A stretch of DNA of 64,000 bases from assembly GCA_963675525.2 (NCBI GenBank), contig CAXXSL010000016.1, positions 256,001-320,000 of the forward strand. Direction: 5' to 3'. Made by a program: the position numbers and the translations under genes. Numbering within the stretch: the stretch's first letter is position 1; every line of letters starts with the position of its first letter. Of this stretch, positions 59,959-64,000 are shown piece after piece. Origin of the DNA: Anaerohalosphaeraceae bacterium (GTDB lineage: Bacteria > Planctomycetota > Phycisphaerae > Sedimentisphaerales > Anaerohalosphaeraceae). The notes under the pieces were generated by a model that was given only the letters and a program-made list of their open reading frames with translations, was not told the DNA's origin and searched no databases.

Positions 59959-62445
59959 TTATTTAAACTGAACTTCAAGCACTCCGGCAGACCATCCGTC
60001 CTGAAGTTGGATTTCGATTTTGACCGCGTTTGTTTTGACAGCCTTGAATGTCGTTTTGTTATATCTATTTGTTTGGGTTCCGTATTCGCTATCGGCAACA
60101 ACCGGTTTCCATTCCTCATCGTCCAGATACATCAGCTTCCATGACTGGGGGACCTTGCATTCACCGGAACCGGTATCATCCAGCCAGTAAGCTTCTATCG
60201 CCGACAGCGTTGTCGGTTCGTCAAAGTCAAACCGGAGCCATTCGGATGTCCCTTTTTTCGGCCACCAATGAAGAAATTCATTGTCTTTGTCATGAGAACT
60301 TTTGGGTTCGATCTGATCGACCACCGATTTCGGCTGCCCGGTTGCTTTTGAAGCCGTAACTTTAGTTTGCGATGCGAGCGTCGGTCTTGGTTTGACAACC
60401 GCATCTTCTTTTTGGGTCGGTAGCCAAACGAGCATTTCATTGGCCCCCCGGTTGCACCACGCAAAATACGGAATAGCGGTAATATCAACGGTCGAGGTGA
60501 CCGCCCGCTCGCCGTCTTCATTACGACCAACGACAGATGCCTGCCCCGTAAGAACCTGAACACCGCCCAGCAAATCCGGCTTGAACTGCGTTTGGAAGGA
60601 TACCTGCGGGTCAAGAATCAGGTTCCGCACCTGTTTATCCGGAGCATCGGCCCCTTCCAGGCAGTACACGATGGGCCCCCGCTCAATCGCAATCCGGTTT
60701 CGGTCTTCTTTGATCTTTTCATTGGCAACCACTTTGCGAATCGGCATCGGCAGTTCAAGATCAATCGTATCACCGGTTTTCCATTGCCGCTCGATATGCA
60801 TATACCCCTTCACAAGATTCAGCGGTATCACTTTCCCATTAACCTGAAGAGTCGGTTTCAATTCAGATTCTTCGGAATAGGAATACAGATCGCCGGGAAC
60901 CGGTTGATTCACTGCCCAACCCGGGATTCGCACATAAACGGAAAATGCGCCTTCTTTTTCAGGCGTTAGCGTCATCTTGACGTGCCCGTCCCACGGGTAT
61001 TGTGTCTTCTGCTGAATTTTCACGGTGTTGTCGGTTAAGGGTATCTGGGCCGTACCAGCCACGAACAAGTTGACATAAATGGTGTTGTCTTTCTTCGCAT
61101 AAGCGTAACCCGGCACGGAAGCGAGAAAACGTGTAATGTTGGACGGACAGCACGCACAGCCAAACCACGGACTGCGGTTGTGCTGACCCTTCGATTCGAG
61201 CGGATTCGGATAAAAGAAATCCTTTCCTTCCAGCGAAATCCCCGAAATGACGCCATTGTAGAGCGTTCGTTCCAAAACATCGATATATTGCACTTCACCG
61301 TTCAGCAGGAACATGCGATGGTTCCAGTACACACTGCCGATGGCCGCACACGTTTCGCAGTAGGCACTCATGTTCGGCAGCATATAATTGGGGCCGAACG
61401 CTTCCCCGCTGTGCGTCGCTCCGATGCCGCCTGTGATATACAGCTTCCTGGTGACCATGTTGTCCCATATCTTCTGCAACGCATCCTTGTACGCCTGGTC
61501 GTCCGTCAGGGCCGCCACATCCGTCATGCCGGAATACATATACATCGCCCGCACCGCATGACCAACCGCCTCGTCCTGGTCCACAACTTTTTTATGGGCC
61601 TGACTGTATTCGCCGTCGCCGCCGCCGCGCTGGTCCAGGAAAAATTTGGCGAGTTCCAGATACTTTTCATCGCCGGTGATTCGATACAGTTTAACCAGGC
61701 CCATCTCAACGATCTGGTGCCCCGGTGTATCCGTGTTTTTGCCGGGCCCGAATACCTCGCAGAGCAAGTCGGCATTCTTCAGTGCCACATCCAACAGCGA
61801 CCGTTTGCCGGTGGCCTGATAATGCGCCGCCGTCGCCTCATAAAGATGCCCCATGTTATATAATTCGTGGCTCAGTTGCTTGACTCGTTCCCAGCGATGC
61901 TTACCCGCCCAGTCGTGCGGCTTTTCGGGGTTCGTGGTTCGGGTGGTGTAGAGATAGCCGTCCGGCTCCTGAGCGGAAGCGATCAAGGCAATAATTTTAT
62001 CGAGGTAAGCATCCATCTGGGGGTCATACTTAACCGCCAGACCGAATGAAGCACCTTCCAGTACCTTGTACGGATCGGTATCGTCGAACGGAAATCCGGG
62101 CGGGGACAGATCTTCAACTTTCTCGCCGCGCAATATTTTGGCTGCACGCTCAAAATTATAATACCGCTTGGATTCTTCACATTTTCCAAACGCGTAAGGA
62201 ATCGTCACGATACGGTTGGTTTCCAGACGCGGCGCCCAGAATATATCGTCAAAATGAACCGCCGTAAACGGTACCGGCTCGTATGGATAATCCTTTTTTA
62301 AGTGTTTGGGGGCCGGAGTAACCGCAGCACTTTTCAGCTTATCGCCTCCTTTAGCAGCATCACTTAATGCTGCTGCGCAAGAAGACAAAATAATCAGGCA
62401 AGATAAGACGCCCGCAACCCCTAAAGATATTTTATTCATCTGCAT
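59959..62445 (-). CDS. GH127 beta-L-arabinofuranosidase-like protein with C-terminal discoidin-like domain
   Basis: HELYNMGH, GHAVRAMY, GEAF, YCETCAAIG, CACCPSN. Confidence 0.9.
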   Translation of the reverse strand: MQMNKISLGVAGVLSCLIILSSCAAALSDAAKGGDKLKSAAVTPAPKHLKKDYPYEPVPFTAVHFDDIFWAPRLETNRIVTIPYAFGKCEESKRYYNFERAAKILRGEKVEDLSPPGFPFDDTDPYKVLEGASFGLAVKYDPQMDAYLDKIIALIASAQEPDGYLYTTRTTNPEKPHDWAGKHRWERVKQLSHELYNMGHLYEATAAHYQATGKRSLLDVALKNADLLCEVFGPGKNTDTPGHQIVEMGLVKLYRITGDEKYLELAKFFLDQRGGGDGEYSQAHKKVVDQDEAVGHAVRAMYMYSGMTDVAALTDDQAYKDALQKIWDNMVTRKLYITGGIGATHSGEAFGPNYMLPNMSAYCETCAAIGSVYWNHRMFLLNGEVQYIDVLERTLYNGVISGISLEGKDFFYPNPLESKGQHNRSPWFGCACCPSNITRFLASVPGYAYAKKDNTIYVNLFVAGTAQIPLTDNTVKIQQKTQYPWDGHVKMTLTPEKEGAFSVYVRIPGWAVNQPVPGDLYSYSEESELKPTLQVNGKVIPLNLVKGYMHIERQWKTGDTIDLELPMPIRKVVANEKIKEDRNRIAIERGPIVYCLEGADAPDKQVRNLILDPQVSFQTQFKPDLLGGVQVLTGQASVVGRNEDGERAVTSTVDITAIPYFAWCNRGANEMLVWLPTQKEDAVVKPRPTLASQTKVTASKATGQPKSVVDQIEPKSSHDKDNEFLHWWPKKGTSEWLRFDFDEPTTLSAIEAYWLDDTGSGECKVPQSWKLMYLDDEEWKPVVADSEYGTQTNRYNKTTFKAVKTNAVKIEIQLQDGWSAGVLEVQFK

Positions 62446-62572
62446 CTTTTCAAACTTCCTTTCCTCTGTTACGGATATACGGTTGCTCTATGATCCATCA
62501 CGAATGACTATAAAGTTTTCACATCAGATATTGCAGAGACTTTCTCACTGATATGTATTACATCAGTCTGTT

Positions 62573-64000
62573 TTATTTTTCTTTAATCTGAAATAGATTA
62601 AGGGAATACGGTTTCAACACATAATCAAAGTCGTTTGCAATGCCGTCGATGATTGATGTCGCCGGATACACATTCCTTGGTTGTTCCGGCGTATTTTCCG
62701 CATCGCCAGCCAGGCCGGTCAACACGATTACAGACGCATTCGACTCAACCTGTATTTTCCCTTTCAGGTGCACCTGCAAAGCAACGGACTCGGCGGTTGG
62801 GTTGACCGCCTTGATATAGATTGTTTTCGTTTGCTCGTCCCGGCTGCTGGATGCATAAACGCGATCTGTCGAGAGAATCGGAACGTTCAACGAAAAGACC
62901 TGCTGCCCATCCAGCAGACAGCGAATATATTCCCCCTCTAAAGCAATCTGAATGTCATACCAGCGATCTTTTTCTATCGAACCCGGCGACTCGGTCACAA
63001 TCACGGTGCCGGGGCCTTCGGTCTTCTGAATGGCATGTTTTGTGTTGCCCCATCCGCCTAAATTAAACTGCACGCCATTATCAGAGGTATCACGCCGGAA
63101 AATGATAATGAATCCTTCCTCTCCGCTGATCTTTCGAGCCTTCAGTGAAAGCGTGTAATCTGACCAGCCAGGGTCGCCCGCCAGGCAAACGGCACCTTGC
63201 ATCTGTTCATCCTGCTGAACACAGGAACCATTATCGAATTGCCATTTGCCGTTTCCGGCCTGCCAGTCTTCGGGCTTGAGAGAAGAAAACAGCACATTGT
63301 CCGCATGGGCTACCTTAACATCTTTGAATTCCGCTGCTGTTTGCCATGTACACAGACCGATGCGCCCCGATGCTTTGTGTGTTTCGTTCTGGGTATCGTT
63401 CAGCTCATTTTTCAGACATGTTGTCCCGCGATAATTGCTGAACAGCTTCTGTACATAGTAAGAAGGTGTTCCGTAAACCTGTGTCTCGTCAAACCAGATC
63501 AGGTCGGGAGCCCATTGCGTAAAGTCGATGCGGGCAAACAGCGGAGCATAGGAAGCCATCACAACCACATCGGAGTTGCGATCCAGCCCGGTCATAAAGG
63601 CCGCTTCCGCCAGTGCGGCAGACAGGTCGTTTTTACGATTCGGATGATGGGCCGCGAACTCTCCGGCAAAAACCTTTGGGCCGTTACGGTCATAGTTATC
63701 GTAGCGGTCGGTATTTTGCAGAAACCACTGGGGCGGCCTGTAATAGTGTTCATCCACGATCTCCGCAGGCGTTCCCGTCCGGAACTTGCCCCATGCCAGA
63801 TCGAACCACTTGCCATCGGAACCGGGACCGGAAGTGGTGATGATTTGAATATCAGGATATTTGGCTTTGATCGCTTTGTAGAAAATATCATAGCGTTCGA
63901 AATATTGATTATCCCATTGCTCATTGCCGACACCGAGGTATTTCAGGCAAAATGGCTCCGGATGCCCTGCGGCAGCGCGTTTGGCCCCCCAAGTGCTGTC
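62573..64000 (-). CDS. GH51 alpha-L-arabinofuranosidase (partial; 5' end beyond window)
   Basis: Frame open to the right edge: GHPEPFCLKYLGVGNEQW, VDEHYY, FAGEFA, RNSDVVVMASYAPL, TPSYYVQKLF. Confidence 0.9.
   Translation of the reverse strand, partial: DSTWGAKRAAAGHPEPFCLKYLGVGNEQWDNQYFERYDIFYKAIKAKYPDIQIITTSGPGSDGKWFDLAWGKFRTGTPAEIVDEHYYRPPQWFLQNTDRYDNYDRNGPKVFAGEFAAHHPNRKNDLSAALAEAAFMTGLDRNSDVVVMASYAPLFARIDFTQWAPDLIWFDETQVYGTPSYYVQKLFSNYRGTTCLKNELNDTQNETHKASGRIGLCTWQTAAEFKDVKVAHADNVLFSSLKPEDWQAGNGKWQFDNGSCVQQDEQMQGAVCLAGDPGWSDYTLSLKARKISGEEGFIIIFRRDTSDNGVQFNLGGWGNTKHAIQKTEGPGTVIVTESPGSIEKDRWYDIQIALEGEYIRCLLDGQQVFSLNVPILSTDRVYASSSRDEQTKTIYIKAVNPTAESVALQVHLKGKIQVESNASVIVLTGLAGDAENTPEQPRNVYPATSIIDGIANDFDYVLKPYSLNLFQIKEK

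Noticed and set aside
1..64000. CRISPR array, rRNA, intact IS/transposase, reverse transcriptase or defence system; also the many short nested or antisense ORFs
   Set aside because: No regularly spaced repeats or diagnostic motifs seen; the nested ORFs are shadows of well-supported genes

Overview
Bacterial chromosomal window, most likely from a planctomycete of the class Phycisphaerae. That assignment is inferred from gene content: PEP-CTERM proteins, prepilin-like DUF1559-type proteins, dockerin-like tails, FecR-NPCBM anti-sigma factors and an Hc1-like protein. (1) 1-17.2 kb: a minus-strand type IV pilus/T2SS-like cluster (pilB, pilC, major and minor pilins, two PilX-like paralogs, pilMNO, an embedded parA, a PilP/GspB-like protein and a secretin), headed by a hybrid kinase whose phospho-accepting His is replaced by Tyr. 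(2) 17.4-22.7 kb: an AT-richer accessory zone with an Hc1-like gene absent from the ORF track, a tyrosine-integrase remnant and cargo genes. (3) tRNA-Val(GAC) at 22706-22779, whose last 15 nt recur at 57583-57597 and delimit a ~34.8 kb island with no intact integrase. The island is a mirror-image, two-armed locus likely for glycan foraging. Divergent ECF sigma/FecR pairs each lead a PEP-CTERM protein, LamG/dockerin-like proteins, a prepilin-like protein and enzymes (BNR-4 propellers, GH115, CotH kinase). No SusC/D or TonB-dependent receptor is present. A dense run of frameshifts lies at 48.0-53.3 kb. (4) 58-64 kb: nitronate monooxygenase-like gene, RRM protein, GH127 and a partial GH51. All calls are from reading the sequence by eye; no database searches were run.
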